Below are positions 21,820 through 33,435 of a stretch of 64,000 nt of DNA, in pieces. The stretch comes from an uncultured Actinomycetes bacterium (GTDB lineage: Bacteria > Actinomycetota > UBA4738 > HRBIN12). The stretch lies in assembly GCA_963704885.1 (NCBI GenBank), contig CAVPIB010000001.1:800001-864000 (forward strand), in the 5' to 3' direction. Every line of letters begins with the position of its first letter. Within the stretch, counting starts at the first letter, position 1. A program made the position numbers and the translations under genes. Under the pieces are notes generated by a model, which was given only the letters and a program-made list of their open reading frames with translations, did not search any database and was not told where the DNA came from.

Positions 21820-22457
21820 TCAGAACGCTCGCCGATGCCGCCGCGGAGGCCGCCTCCTGCATCAAGTGCCGCTTGGCCGAGGGGCGGACCCAGGTCGTGT
21901 TCGGGGTGGGGAACCCGGACGCGGAGCTGATGTTCATCGGTGAGGCCCCGGGGTTCCACGAGGACAAGCAGGGCGAGCCGTTCGTCGGTGCCGCGGGCCA
22001 GCTGCTGACCCGGATGCTGAACGAGATAGGCCTCACCCGCGCCGATGTCTACATAGCGAACATCTTGAAGTGTCGTCCTCCTGGCAATCGCGACCCGCTA
22101 TCTGACGAGATGGAGTCGTGCACCCCTTGGCTGATCGAGCAGATCTCGTTGATCCAGCCGGCGCTCGTGGTCACCCTCGGGAACTTCGCAACGAAGTTCG
22201 TGTTGAACACACAGACGGGGATCACGCGGCTGCGGGGCCAGGCGTTCCCGTGGCACGGCCGGACGGTGATCCCCACCTTCCATCCGGCCGCCATCCTGCA
22301 CGGCGGCGGCGAGGGCTCGAAGCAGTTCGAGCAGCTCCGCGAGGACTTCGCCATCATCCAGCGGACGTTGGAGGAACTGCGCAACTCCTCAGCGGCGACG
22401 GTGGTTCTCGAGGGACCGGAACCGTCCGCCGACGAGGAGCAGTTGGAGCTCTTCTGA
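21816..22457 (+). CDS. udg: Uracil-DNA glycosylase family 4 (Fe-S)
   Basis: CIKC, GEAPG, PFVG, KCRPP.NR, TFHPA. Confidence 0.93.
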   Translation: MIRTLADAAAEAASCIKCRLAEGRTQVVFGVGNPDAELMFIGEAPGFHEDKQGEPFVGAAGQLLTRMLNEIGLTRADVYIANILKCRPPGNRDPLSDEMESCTPWLIEQISLIQPALVVTLGNFATKFVLNTQTGITRLRGQAFPWHGRTVIPTFHPAAILHGGGEGSKQFEQLREDFAIIQRTLEELRNSSAATVVLEGPEPSADEEQLELF

Positions 22458-22948
22458 TGCGGATCGAGCTGCGGACAGAGACGGCCGAAGACACGCGGGG
22501 AGTGGGAGAGGCGATCGCCCCACTGCTCGCCGCGCGCGACGCGGTGATCCTGACGGGCGAGTTGGGCGCGGGCAAGACGACCCTGGTGCAAGGCGTGGCG
22601 CGCGGACTCCGGATCGAGGCCCAGGTGGTCTCTCCTACATTCATGCTCGTTCGCGAATACCGGGGACGGCTGGACGTGGCCCACGTCGACGTGTACCGCC
22701 TAGACCGGATCCAAGACGTGGTCGATCTGGGCCTGGAGGAGATGGGGGACGGCGAGGCGGTCCTCCTGGTCGAGTGGGGCGATTTTGTCGAGGAGCTCTT
22801 GCCGGCCGACCACCTCACTATCGAGCTGACGAACGCAGCGCCGGACAGCGAGGTACGACGTATCGTCCTCACACCCGCGGGCGGTTCGTGGACGGAGCGA
22901 TGGGAACCGATGAGGCGCGCCCTGGCGACGTGGGAGGTATCCGGGTGA
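22457..22948 (+). CDS. tsaE: tRNA t6A biosynthesis ATPase TsaE
   Basis: GELGAGKT, VSPTF, HVDVYRL, VEWG. Confidence 0.95.
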   Translation: MRIELRTETAEDTRGVGEAIAPLLAARDAVILTGELGAGKTTLVQGVARGLRIEAQVVSPTFMLVREYRGRLDVAHVDVYRLDRIQDVVDLGLEEMGDGEAVLLVEWGDFVEELLPADHLTIELTNAAPDSEVRRIVLTPAGGSWTERWEPMRRALATWEVSG

Positions 22949-23652
22949 TCGTCCTGGGCATCGACACTTCGACACCGCAGACCAGCCTGGCGATCGGAAA
23001 CGAGCGTGAGGTCCTGGCCTCCCTCTCGATCGCCGGCCAGGCGCGCCAAGAGTCGGTGACGCCCGCCCTGCAACAGCTTCTGACCTGGTCGGGCCTCAAC
23101 ATGCGCAACATCGGCGGCGTCGCCGTGGGCATCGGCCCGGGTCTGTTCACAGGTCTTCGTGTCGGAGTGGAGACCGCGAAGACACTCGCGCAGGTCCTGA
23201 CGATACCCATCGTGGGCATCACCAGCCTGGACGCTCTCGCCTTCGCGGTCCGATACTCGCCTCGTCGGATCGCTGCGGTGATCGATGCAAGGCGTGGCGA
23301 GGTGTTCGCGGCCGTCTACCGTTCGGTGCCAGGAGGGGTGGTACGCGAGACCGATCATCTGGTCCTCAAGCCCGATCATCTGGTCGCCGAGCTGGAGGCC
23401 GAAGCCGGAGAGGTGCTGTGCGTCGGGAACGGTGCCATCCTGTACCGGCATGAGCTCGAAGAGCTGGGCAGCCGGGTGGAGTTCGCCAGCCCGGCGGTGG
23501 CGCATCCCGACGCCGCCGCCTTGGTCGAGCTCGCCATCCCTCGGTTCCTGCGTGAGGAGTTCGATCGGGTGTTCGACGTCGTGCCGCTCTACCTGAGGAA
23601 GTCTGATGCGGAGATCTCTTGGGATCAGCGAGCCAGAGGCGCCCAGGGTTGA
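22945..23652 (+). CDS. tsaB: tRNA t6A biosynthesis protein TsaB
   Basis: LGIDTS, GPGLFTGLRVG, IDARRGEVF, PLYLRKSDAE. Confidence 0.95.
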   Translation: MIVLGIDTSTPQTSLAIGNEREVLASLSIAGQARQESVTPALQQLLTWSGLNMRNIGGVAVGIGPGLFTGLRVGVETAKTLAQVLTIPIVGITSLDALAFAVRYSPRRIAAVIDARRGEVFAAVYRSVPGGVVRETDHLVLKPDHLVAELEAEAGEVLCVGNGAILYRHELEELGSRVEFASPAVAHPDAAALVELAIPRFLREEFDRVFDVVPLYLRKSDAEISWDQRARGAQG

Positions 23653-24157
23653 TGTGACCCGGATGCGCCGCCGCCATCTGCGCGGCGTCATGGCGATCGA
23701 ACGCCAGGTCTACTCGCGCCCATGGAGTCCCAACCTGTTCCTGGCCGAGATGAGCGAACCTCACAACCGCTGCTATCTGGTTGCTCGGTCCGACCGCGAC
23801 GTGGTCGGCTACGGCGGCCTCATCTGCTACGGAGATGAGGCCCACGTCACCAACATCGCGGTCGACCCCATGCACCATCGCCGCAAGGTTGGCTCGCGAC
23901 TGCTCTACGACCTGCTCGTAGAAGCGATCGAGATAGGCGGCCAGGCAGTCTCTCTCGAGGTGCGCGTGTCCAATTGGGGAGCGCAGAGGATGTACGGTCG
24001 ATTCGGGTTCCATCCGGTCGGGATCCGACGGAACTACTACCAGGAGCTGAACGAGGACGCGCTGATCATGTGGACCGACGACGTGGGATCCAAGGCGTTC
24101 GCCCGGCGGCTCTCGGAGATCGCGGCCACGCTGCCTGACGGTGTGCGCCCCGCGTGA
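23606..24157 (+). CDS. rimI: Ribosomal-protein-alanine N-acetyltransferase RimI (start uncertain)
   Basis: IE..VY..PWS, EAHVTNIAV, LEVRVSN, RRNYY, EDALIM. Confidence 0.9.
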   Translation: MRRSLGISEPEAPRVDVTRMRRRHLRGVMAIERQVYSRPWSPNLFLAEMSEPHNRCYLVARSDRDVVGYGGLICYGDEAHVTNIAVDPMHHRRKVGSRLLYDLLVEAIEIGGQAVSLEVRVSNWGAQRMYGRFGFHPVGIRRNYYQELNEDALIMWTDDVGSKAFARRLSEIAATLPDGVRPA

Positions 24158-25164
24158 TCACCCTGGGCATCGAGACCTCGTGCGACGAGACGGCAGTCGC
24201 GGTGGTGGAGGATGGGTTCATCGTTCGCGCCAACCTGATCGCCTCCCAAGTCCACCTGCACGAGCGGTTCGGAGGCGTGGTCCCCGAGGTCGCGGCGCGT
24301 GCGCACGTCGAGGCCTTGAATCCCCTCATGGCAGAGGCCTTGGCGGAGGCCGGCCTCTCGGGGTTCGGGCAGGTCGACGGGGTGGCCGTCACGGTCGGCC
24401 CCGGCCTGGTCGGCGCGCTCCTGGTGGGGATGGCCGCCGCCAAGGGAGTTGCCTTGGCGACAGGGGCCGATCTGATCGGCGTGCATCACCTTGAGGGTCA
24501 CATCTGGGCGAACTTCCTCACGCACGGCCCGCCCGAGCCGCCGTACGTGGCGCTCGTCGTGAGCGGCGGTCACACCATGATCGTTCACATGCCCGAAGTG
24601 CACCGGCATGAGGTGATGGGCCAGACCCTCGACGACGCGGCTGGGGAGGCGTTCGACAAGGTGGCCCGCATGATCGGTCTCGGGTTCCCGGGAGGACCGG
24701 CGCTCGATCGGATGGCCCGCGAAGGCAACCCCGAGGCCATCCGATTCCCTCGCGCCATGGAGAACTCCGGCGACTTCGATTTCTCGATGAGCGGACTGAA
24801 GACCGCGGTGCTGCGCCACGTGAAGGCCGAGCGTGCGGCGGGCCGTGATATCCACCTGCCGGACCTGGCGGCGAGCTTCCAAGAGGCGATCGTCGACGTG
24901 CAGGTGCGCAAGACCATCGAGGCGGCTCAGCAGGTGGGCGTAGACAAGGTGCTGCTCGGTGGCGGTGTGGTCGCCAATACCCGTCTGCGCGAACGCATGG
25001 AACGCGAGGGCGCCGCAGTGGGCCTGAAGGTGCTGTTCCCACCGCTCGACCTGTGCACCGACAACGCGGCCATGATCGCGTGCGTGGGCGCGGCGCGGCT
25101 CGCCCGTGGGGAACGAACGTCGCTCGACATCGGCGCCGATCCGAACTTAGGGTTAGCGTCGTGA
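24154..25164 (+). CDS. tsaD: tRNA N6-threonylcarbamoyltransferase TsaD
   Basis: GIETSCDET, GGVVPE, HHLEGH, VSGGHT, DDAAGEAFDK, CTDNAAMI. Confidence 0.97.
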   Translation: MITLGIETSCDETAVAVVEDGFIVRANLIASQVHLHERFGGVVPEVAARAHVEALNPLMAEALAEAGLSGFGQVDGVAVTVGPGLVGALLVGMAAAKGVALATGADLIGVHHLEGHIWANFLTHGPPEPPYVALVVSGGHTMIVHMPEVHRHEVMGQTLDDAAGEAFDKVARMIGLGFPGGPALDRMAREGNPEAIRFPRAMENSGDFDFSMSGLKTAVLRHVKAERAAGRDIHLPDLAASFQEAIVDVQVRKTIEAAQQVGVDKVLLGGGVVANTRLRERMEREGAAVGLKVLFPPLDLCTDNAAMIACVGAARLARGERTSLDIGADPNLGLAS

Positions 25165-26105
25165 CGACCGTCCTGGTGACCGGGGGCGCCGGGTTCATCG
25201 GCTCGCATCTCGCCGATCGACTGCTGGCCGAGGGCTATCGCGTGATCAGCGTGGACGATCTCACGACCGGCCGGATCGCCAACCTCTCGGATGGCCGGGG
25301 GTACGGCAAGGAGTTCACGTTCTTCAACATGGACGTGCGCGCCGAGGGCCTTCAGCAGCTCTTCGAACGGCACCGCCCAGAGGTGGTCTTCCATCTGGCG
25401 GCGCAATCGGGCGTTCGTCCTTCGCTCGAGGATCCCGTCCGCGACGCCAGCATCAACATCATGGGTCTGTTGAACGTCTTGGAGTGCTCCGTGAAGACGG
25501 GGGTGGGCAAGGTCATCTACGCGGCCTCGGGCGGCACCATCTACGGCGAGCCCAAGCGCATCCCGGCCAAAGAGACCAGCGCGCAGGGTTCGCACCCGAC
25601 GTCTCCCTATGGCATCTCGAAGAAGGTGTCGGTCGACTACCTGGGCTTCTATCAGCGGTACCGCGGCCTGGACTACACGGCCCTCGCGCTCGGCAACGTG
25701 TATGGACCGCGACAGGATCCCCACGGCGAGGCGGGTGTGATCGCGATCTTCGCGGCGAAGATGCTGGCCGGCGAGACCCCCACGATCTACGGCGACGGGA
25801 ACCAGACGCGCGACTACGTCTTCATCGACGATACGGTGCACGCGTTCGTGCAGGCCATAACGCGCGGCTCCGGCAAGCTCGTGAACATCGGAACCGGCCT
25901 GGAGTCGAGCGTGAACCACGTCTATCGGTTGCTCGCCGACATCATCGGCTTCACGGCCGACCCGACCCACGGCAACTTGCCGCCCGGGGAGCTCCGCCGG
26001 ATAGCGCTCGACATCTCCGCGGCGCCCAACGCCGTCGGATGGAAGCCCTGGACCCACCTCGAGGACGGTCTCGCCGAGACGGTGGCCTTCCTGAAGGGGA
26101 TCTAG
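25161..26105 (+). CDS. NAD-dependent epimerase/dehydratase (UDP-glucose 4-epimerase-like)
   Basis: TGGAGFIGS, YGISK, NVYGPRQ, GEAGV, QTRDYV. Confidence 0.9.
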   Translation: MTTVLVTGGAGFIGSHLADRLLAEGYRVISVDDLTTGRIANLSDGRGYGKEFTFFNMDVRAEGLQQLFERHRPEVVFHLAAQSGVRPSLEDPVRDASINIMGLLNVLECSVKTGVGKVIYAASGGTIYGEPKRIPAKETSAQGSHPTSPYGISKKVSVDYLGFYQRYRGLDYTALALGNVYGPRQDPHGEAGVIAIFAAKMLAGETPTIYGDGNQTRDYVFIDDTVHAFVQAITRGSGKLVNIGTGLESSVNHVYRLLADIIGFTADPTHGNLPPGELRRIALDISAAPNAVGWKPWTHLEDGLAETVAFLKGI

Positions 26106-26161
26106 GGATCGCGGATCGCGGCTTGCGGAAGATATCGCTGCCCGATGGAGTTGGGGGCGAT

Positions 26162-26983
26162 GTGACGACGACGAGGCACACAGCGCCGCGGGCCTGGGCA
26201 GATGGCGATGAGCCGATGCCCGCGGTGTACCTGGGCCACGGGGCGCCGCCTCTGCTCGACGACGAGCTATGGACTTCACAGCTCGCGTCCTGGGCGAAAG
26301 ACCTGCCGCGACCCACCGCGATCTTGATCGTCTCCGCGCACTGGGAGTCGGCGCCGCTGACGCTCGGCGCCACCGAGACCGGCGTCCCGCTCACGTATGA
26401 CTTCTACGGTTTCCCTCAGCGGTTCTACGAGATGACCTATCGTTCGCCCGGTTCGCCCGAGCTCGCCGCGAAGGTGAAGGCGCTGATGCCCCACACCGAG
26501 ACGATGGCCGAGGTTGCGGACTACGGACTCGATCACGGGGCGTACGTGCCGCTCATGGTGATGTATCCGCAGGCAGACGTGCCCGTCCTGCAGATGTCGA
26601 TGCCGTCGCTCGACCCACAGCGCCTGTTCGAGCTCGGCAGGCGGCTGCGCCCGCTTCGGGACGAGGGGGTGCTGGTGATCGGCTCCGGCTTCCTGACACA
26701 CGGATTGCAGTTCCTGCGTGACTTCCGCCCCGACGCGTCGCCACCGGGTTGGTCCCGCGACTTCGATCTATGGGCCAAGGATGCGCTCGAGAGGGGGGCT
26801 GTCGATGAGCTGATGGACTTCCGCGGCCGCGCGCCCGGCATGCCTTTCGCGCACCCGACGGTCGAGCACTTCGCGCCGCTGTTCGTCACGCTCGGTGCCG
26901 CGAGCGACCCTGAGTCGTCGCCCGATACGACCGTCGAGGGCTACTTCCTCGGACTCGCCAAGCGCTCCTTCCAGGTCGCCTGA
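26162..26983 (+). CDS. DODA-type extradiol ring-cleavage dioxygenase (LigB/YgiD family)
   Basis: YLGHGAP, VSAHW, YDFYGFP, LDHG, GSG.LTH, AHPTVEHF. Confidence 0.9.
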   Translation: MTTTRHTAPRAWADGDEPMPAVYLGHGAPPLLDDELWTSQLASWAKDLPRPTAILIVSAHWESAPLTLGATETGVPLTYDFYGFPQRFYEMTYRSPGSPELAAKVKALMPHTETMAEVADYGLDHGAYVPLMVMYPQADVPVLQMSMPSLDPQRLFELGRRLRPLRDEGVLVIGSGFLTHGLQFLRDFRPDASPPGWSRDFDLWAKDALERGAVDELMDFRGRAPGMPFAHPTVEHFAPLFVTLGAASDPESSPDTTVEGYFLGLAKRSFQVA

Positions 26984-27005
26984 CGTGGAGGCGGGCGCTG
27001 ACGTC

Positions 27006-27416
27006 GTGAACGATATCCCCGAGGTCCTCTTCGTCTGTGTACACAACGCCGGGCGGAGCCAGATGGCCGCTGCGCTCCTGGACCATCACGCTGCCGGCCG
27101 CGTGCGGGTTCGCTCGGCTGGGAGCATCCCGGCGACCGAGATCAACTCCTCGGTCGTAAGCGTGATGAGGGAGCTAGGCGTCGATCTATCGAAGGAGTTC
27201 CCGAAGCCCCTCACGACCGAGGCGGTCGAGGTCGCCGACGTGGTCGTGACCATGGGCTGCGGGGACGCCTGCCCTGTCTTCCCCGGCAAGCGCTACCTCG
27301 ACTGGGAGCTCCCGGATCCGGCCGGGAAGTCGGTCGATCAGGTCCGGCCCATCCGCGACGAGATCGACGCCCTGGTCCGGGAACTGCTCGATGAACTCCT
27401 CCCTTCCCCGCGTTGA
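27006..27416 (+). CDS. arsC: Arsenate reductase, LMW-PTP family
   Basis: FVCVHNAGRSQMA, TMGCGDACP, W.LPDP. Confidence 0.9.
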   Translation: MNDIPEVLFVCVHNAGRSQMAAALLDHHAAGRVRVRSAGSIPATEINSSVVSVMRELGVDLSKEFPKPLTTEAVEVADVVVTMGCGDACPVFPGKRYLDWELPDPAGKSVDQVRPIRDEIDALVRELLDELLPSPR

Positions 27417-27471
27417 CTGTCTGGCACTCTCCTGGCTATCCTGTTAGCACTCGTAGAGCACAGAGTGCTAA
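27413..27471 (+). promoter_or_regulatory. groESL promoter with CIRCE (HrcA operator)
   Basis: TTGACT(27413)-N18-TATCCT(27437); TTAGCACTC(27444-52)-N10-GAGTGCTAA(27463-71); extra half-site CTGGCACTC at 27421. Confidence 0.88.
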
Positions 27472-27486
27472 CCAAGGAGGAGAAGT

Positions 27487-27786
27487 ATGGCGAAGGACTT
27501 CAGCCTCAAACCCCTCGATGACCGGATCGTCGTTAAGGCGAGCGAAGGTGAGGAGATGACCTCCTCGGGCCTGGTGATCCCCGACACCGCGAAGGAGAAG
27601 CCGCAGGAGGGCTCCGTCGTGGCGATCGGTCCCGGGAAGTTCGAAGACGGCGTGCGCGTCCCGCTCGACGTCGCTGTGGGAGACAAGGTCATCTACTCCA
27701 AGTACGGCGGCACCGAGGTCAAGGTCCAGGGCGAGGAGTATCTGATCCTCTCGGCCCGCGACGTCCTCGCGATCATCGGCAAGTAA
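27487..27786 (+). CDS. groES: Co-chaperonin GroES
   Basis: [35 protein letters not shown]. Confidence 0.98.
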   Translation: MAKDFSLKPLDDRIVVKASEGEEMTSSGLVIPDTAKEKPQEGSVVAIGPGKFEDGVRVPLDVAVGDKVIYSKYGGTEVKVQGEEYLILSARDVLAIIGK

Positions 27787-27829
27787 CCATCCAGGCTTCG
27801 GAGCGGGGGCTCGCGCGCGTCACGCGTGA

Positions 27830-29491
<1,662 letters not shown>

Positions 29492-29525
29492 GCTAGTCCG
29501 TTACAGACTAGTGGTACCGCCAAGA

Positions 29526-29560
29526 GGGCGGGGCGCTTCGCGCCCCGCCCCCGGCGTTTC
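29526..29560 (+). terminator. Intrinsic terminator after groEL
   Basis: GGGCGGGGCGC-TTC-GCGCCCCGCCC 11-bp stem, weak T tract downstream. Confidence 0.75.
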
Positions 29561-29585
29561 CTGACTGCGTCTTCTAGACTCCGCG

Positions 29586-30641
29586 GTGATGTTCGAGGAG
29601 CTGATCCGCGAGTGGGACGGCGAGCTAGTCGCGACGCGCTTCGATGCGCCAAGCTCGACTTGGATGTTCGTGGGGTTGCACTCCACCGTTCTTGGACCCG
29701 GGTTCGGCGGAACTCGGATGAAGGTCTATACCCAGCCGGAGGATGCGCTGCGCGATGTGCTCCGACTCTCGACGGCCATGACCTACAAGAACGCGATGGC
29801 CGACCTCCCGTTCGGCGGGGGCAAGTCCGTTCTGGCGGTTCCCGAGGTTCCGTCGGGGGAGGTGCGGCTGGGTCTCCTGCGTCGGTATGCGGACCTCGTG
29901 GGCGCCCTGGGTGGCAGTTACGTCTCAGCCTGTGACATGAACACGACAGAGGCCGACATGGACGTGGTCGGCGAGCGCTGCGCGCACGTGATGGGCAGAA
30001 GCATCGCCGCCGGCGGCTCCGGCACCTCAGCGCCCGACACGGCGTTGGGGGTGTACCACGGGATCCGCGCCTCGCTGGAGCACGCCTTCGGGTCCGACGA
30101 TCCGTCGGGGCGGACGATCGTGATCGAGGGGACCGGCGCGGTCGGTGGGCCTCTCGCCGATCTGCTGGCCGAGACGGGAGCCAAGCTGATCGTCTCCGAC
30201 GTGGACGAGGGCCGTGTGCGATCGGTGGCCGAGCGCGTAGGGGCGGACAAGGTGAGCGCCGAGGAGGCTTTCGACGTGGTCTGTGATGTGTTCTCGCCGT
30301 GCGCGACGGGCGCCATGATGAACGCCGACACCATCCCTCGACTGCGATGCCGGATAGTGGCCGGGGCGGCGAACAACCAACTCGCGACGCCGCAGGACGC
30401 CGATCGGCTGGCGGCCGCCGGCATCCTGTACGCGCCCGACTACGTGGTGAACGCGGGCGGGGTTCTCCACCTGGCAGGCTACGAGCGGCTCGGCTGGACC
30501 CCCGAGCAGATGGCCGCGCGGATCGCCGGGATCGGGGATACCCTGCGAGGCGTGTTCGAAACGGCTGATCGCGACGGCGTGACTCCGGAGCTCGCGGCCG
30601 CACGCGCAGCCGAGGCGCGGATCGCTGCTCGGGCCGCCTGA
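29586..30641 (+). CDS. Glu/Leu/Phe/Val dehydrogenase (leucine/valine dehydrogenase-like)
   Basis: GGTR, MTYKNA, GGGKSV, G.GAVG, GAANNQL, APDYVVNAGG. Confidence 0.92.
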   Translation: MMFEELIREWDGELVATRFDAPSSTWMFVGLHSTVLGPGFGGTRMKVYTQPEDALRDVLRLSTAMTYKNAMADLPFGGGKSVLAVPEVPSGEVRLGLLRRYADLVGALGGSYVSACDMNTTEADMDVVGERCAHVMGRSIAAGGSGTSAPDTALGVYHGIRASLEHAFGSDDPSGRTIVIEGTGAVGGPLADLLAETGAKLIVSDVDEGRVRSVAERVGADKVSAEEAFDVVCDVFSPCATGAMMNADTIPRLRCRIVAGAANNQLATPQDADRLAAAGILYAPDYVVNAGGVLHLAGYERLGWTPEQMAARIAGIGDTLRGVFETADRDGVTPELAAARAAEARIAARAA

Positions 30642-30692
30642 TCGATATCTTCGGCGTGAAGCCGTTAGGTTCCGGGCGGGGAGGCTAGGAGC

Positions 30693-31091
30693 CTAGGCGA
30701 ACGGCTTCTCCTGGGCGGCGATCGCCAGGCCGACGAGCTCGAGGGCGCCGATGACTCCGTTCGCGACGGCGAGCGCCCACCACCACCACGCGTCGGCACC
30801 TACTGGGAGCCCGAAGAGCGCGTGCAGGGCGAACACCGTCGCGGTGCCGGCCTCCAGCACCACGAACGCCCACGCCCACCACCACACGTCCTCGAGCCGC
30901 TGGGCCACCAGAACCATCAGGAGAGCCAGCACGATACCCATGACTCCCAAGGCGCGTAGCCACGTCGTGTCGCCGACGGGAGGCTGCCCGGCGGCCGTTT
31001 CGGCCAACCAGCCGGGCGCGATCACGAGGGCCGAGCCGAACAGCGCCCAAAGGGCCGCCTGGAGCTTGAGGATCCTTCCCAGGAACGTCAT
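30693..31091 (-). CDS. Hypothetical membrane protein (about 4 TM)
   Basis: MTFLGRILKLQAALWALFG...; four hydrophobic segments; GGAG upstream. Confidence 0.7.
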   Translation of the reverse strand: MTFLGRILKLQAALWALFGSALVIAPGWLAETAAGQPPVGDTTWLRALGVMGIVLALLMVLVAQRLEDVWWWAWAFVVLEAGTATVFALHALFGLPVGADAWWWWALAVANGVIGALELVGLAIAAQEKPFA

Positions 31092-31220
31092 GAACGGCCA
31101 TCTCCGCAGCTCGGTCGGGGTTTCGGGCGGCTTGGTAGGATACGCGAACCGCGGAAGCAGCCGAGTCTCGCTGCGCGCGCTTCCGCCGACCGGAACCCCG
31201 GACCGCGAAGGACGATAGGC

Positions 31221-32618
31221 ATGCAACAGGGTCCCAGGGTCGCGGTGATCGGGCTCGATTGCGGCACGCCGCAGCTCCTGTTCCGCGACCTCCAAGACGA
31301 GATCCCCAACATCCGCAAACTGATGGATGCCGGGATGCACGGCGACCTGGCCAGCATCACTCCACCGATCACGGTCCCCGCTTGGGCGTGCGCCATGACC
31401 GGCAAGACACCCGGACAGTTGGGCATCTACGGATTCCGCAACCGCAAGGATCACACCTACGACGGTCTGTCGATCGCGCATTCGGGCTCGATCAAGGAGC
31501 CGACCGTGTGGGACAAGCTGGGGGAGCAGGGCAAGCGTTCGCTCTTGATCGGCGTCCCTCCAGGGTTCCCGCCGCCGAAGGAGTTCCCGGGTTGGCGGGT
31601 CGGGTGCTTCCTGACACCCCCGTCCGCCGAGCGCTTCGCTTACCCGCAGGAGCTCGAGGTGGAGATCGCCGAAGAGCTCGGCGGCCCGGGCAACTACATC
31701 TTCGATATCCCTAACTTCCGCGAACAGGGCATGGGGTTCGTCTTGGAGCAGGTGTTCAAGATGACCGAGCGGCGGTTCGCCGTGGCGCGTCGGCTGGTGA
31801 AGAACAAGCCGTGGGACTACTTCATGATGGTCGAGATGGGACCGGACCGGCTCCATCACGTGTTCTGGCAGTACTACGACCCGCGCCACCCGCTGTATCA
31901 GCCCGGGAACGAGTTCGAGACCGCGTTCCAGGACTACTACCGGTACCTGGATCGCGAGGTGGGTTCGCTGCTCGAGGTTCTGCCCGAGGACGCGATCACG
32001 ATCGTGATGAGCGATCACGGCGCGCGTCCCATGATGGGCGGCCTTTGCTTCAACGACTGGTTGATGCAGGAGGGTTACCTGGCCATGACCGAGTCGCTCT
32101 CCGGACCGACGCCGATCGCGAAAGCGCCGATCGACTGGAGCCGCACGGTGGCGTGGGGCGACGGCGGCTACTACGGTCGCTGTTTCCTGAACGTGAAAGG
32201 CCGCGAGCCCCAGGGCGTCGTGGAACCGTCGCTGTACGAGGCTGTGCGCGACGAGCTGATAGCCAAGCTCGAGGCCGCACCGGGGCCGGACGGCGAGCCG
32301 CTCGGCACCAAGGTGCTGAAGCCGCAGGACGTCTACCCCGAGGTCCGGGGTGTCGCGCCCGACCTGCTCGTCTACTTCGGCGACCTCGAGTGGCGCTCGG
32401 TCGGCTCGGTGGGCAACGCCAGCATCTACACCTACGAGAACGACACCGGCCCCGACGGGGCCAACCACGATCGGACGGGCATCTTCGCCATGAAAGGTCT
32501 GCCCGGTCAGCCCATGGGCCGTGTCGAGGGGATGAACCTCGTCGACGTCGGCCCGACCATCCTCAAGCTGTATGGGATCGAGGCGCCCGAGGGCGCCGTC
32601 GGAAGGAGCTTCCTGTGA
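31221..32618 (+). CDS. Alkaline phosphatase superfamily / type I phosphodiesterase-nucleotide pyrophosphatase-like protein
   Basis: [30 protein letters not shown]. Confidence 0.85.
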   Translation: MQQGPRVAVIGLDCGTPQLLFRDLQDEIPNIRKLMDAGMHGDLASITPPITVPAWACAMTGKTPGQLGIYGFRNRKDHTYDGLSIAHSGSIKEPTVWDKLGEQGKRSLLIGVPPGFPPPKEFPGWRVGCFLTPPSAERFAYPQELEVEIAEELGGPGNYIFDIPNFREQGMGFVLEQVFKMTERRFAVARRLVKNKPWDYFMMVEMGPDRLHHVFWQYYDPRHPLYQPGNEFETAFQDYYRYLDREVGSLLEVLPEDAITIVMSDHGARPMMGGLCFNDWLMQEGYLAMTESLSGPTPIAKAPIDWSRTVAWGDGGYYGRCFLNVKGREPQGVVEPSLYEAVRDELIAKLEAAPGPDGEPLGTKVLKPQDVYPEVRGVAPDLLVYFGDLEWRSVGSVGNASIYTYENDTGPDGANHDRTGIFAMKGLPGQPMGRVEGMNLVDVGPTILKLYGIEAPEGAVGRSFL

Positions 32619-33250
32619 CGCAAGGAGACAAAGGGTTCACCGTTTGGTTCACCGGGCTCTCGGGCGCGGGCAAATCAACGATCGCCGAGATGCTGTACCA
32701 CGAGTTCCAAGCGCGCGGTTTGAAGACCGAGATCCTGGACGGCGATGAGGTCCGCAAGAACCTCTCTAAGGGGCTTGGGTTCTCCAAGGAGGACCGCGAC
32801 ACGAACATCCTGCGGATCGGGTTCGTCGCGAACCTGCTGACGCGCAACGGCGTGGCCACGATCTGTTGCCCGATCTCGCCGTACAAGGAAACGCGCGACG
32901 CGTGTCGCGAGCTGATCGGTTCGGCCTCCTTCGTGGAGGTCTACGTGCACGCCACGGTGGACGAGATCGCGGCGCACCGCGACCCGAAGGGCCTCTACAA
33001 GAAGGCGTTGGCCGGAGAGATCAAGGGGTTCACCGGAGTGGACGACCCGTACGAGGCGCCGGAGAGCCCGGAGCTCGCGGTTGACACGATGGTGGAGTCA
33101 CCCGAGGAGTCCCTGCAGCGCGTGTTGGACACCCTGGCGTCGCTCGGACACATCGACGACGCCCAGGTCATGATCGAGGGCGATCGCGTCCACTCGGGCC
33201 TGACCGATCTACGCATCACCGACTCCGGTCACGTCGCGAAAGAGGCCTGA
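32615..33250 (+). CDS. cysC: Adenylyl-sulfate kinase
   Basis: [42 protein letters not shown]; GTG 32615. Confidence 0.95.
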   Translation: MTQGDKGFTVWFTGLSGAGKSTIAEMLYHEFQARGLKTEILDGDEVRKNLSKGLGFSKEDRDTNILRIGFVANLLTRNGVATICCPISPYKETRDACRELIGSASFVEVYVHATVDEIAAHRDPKGLYKKALAGEIKGFTGVDDPYEAPESPELAVDTMVESPEESLQRVLDTLASLGHIDDAQVMIEGDRVHSGLTDLRITDSGHVAKEA

Positions 33251-33279
33251 GGCTCGCGGCGCGGCGCCGGGCTCCCGTT

Positions 33280-33420
33280 GTGTCAACCGGTGGACACGGG
33301 TCGCGGGTGTGGCCGACGCGAGGTGCAAACAGGTTGACGGGTGAACCAGCAGGTCGCACTCGTCAACCTGTGGACGCCGATCGGCGTGACGAGTGGGGAT
33401 CCGCGTCAATCGGTTGACGC
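33280..33420. repeat. Array of four related 16-bp imperfect palindromes (REP/BIME-like)
   Basis: TGTCAACCGGTGGACA(33281), TGCAAACAGGTTGACG(33324), CGTCAACCTGTGGACG(33361), CGTCAATCGGTTGACG(33404). Confidence 0.7.
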
Positions 33421-33435
33421 CACGCGATGTGGCCC

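Noticed and set aside
31136-31220. SAM riboswitch upstream of the AP-cysC operon
   Set aside because: Only one hairpin (GCGGAAGC/GCTTCCGC); no SAM-I/IV core motifs recognised.
33280-33420. Mini CRISPR array
   Set aside because: Units are only 16 bp, non-identical and apparently alternate in orientation; no leader or cas genes.
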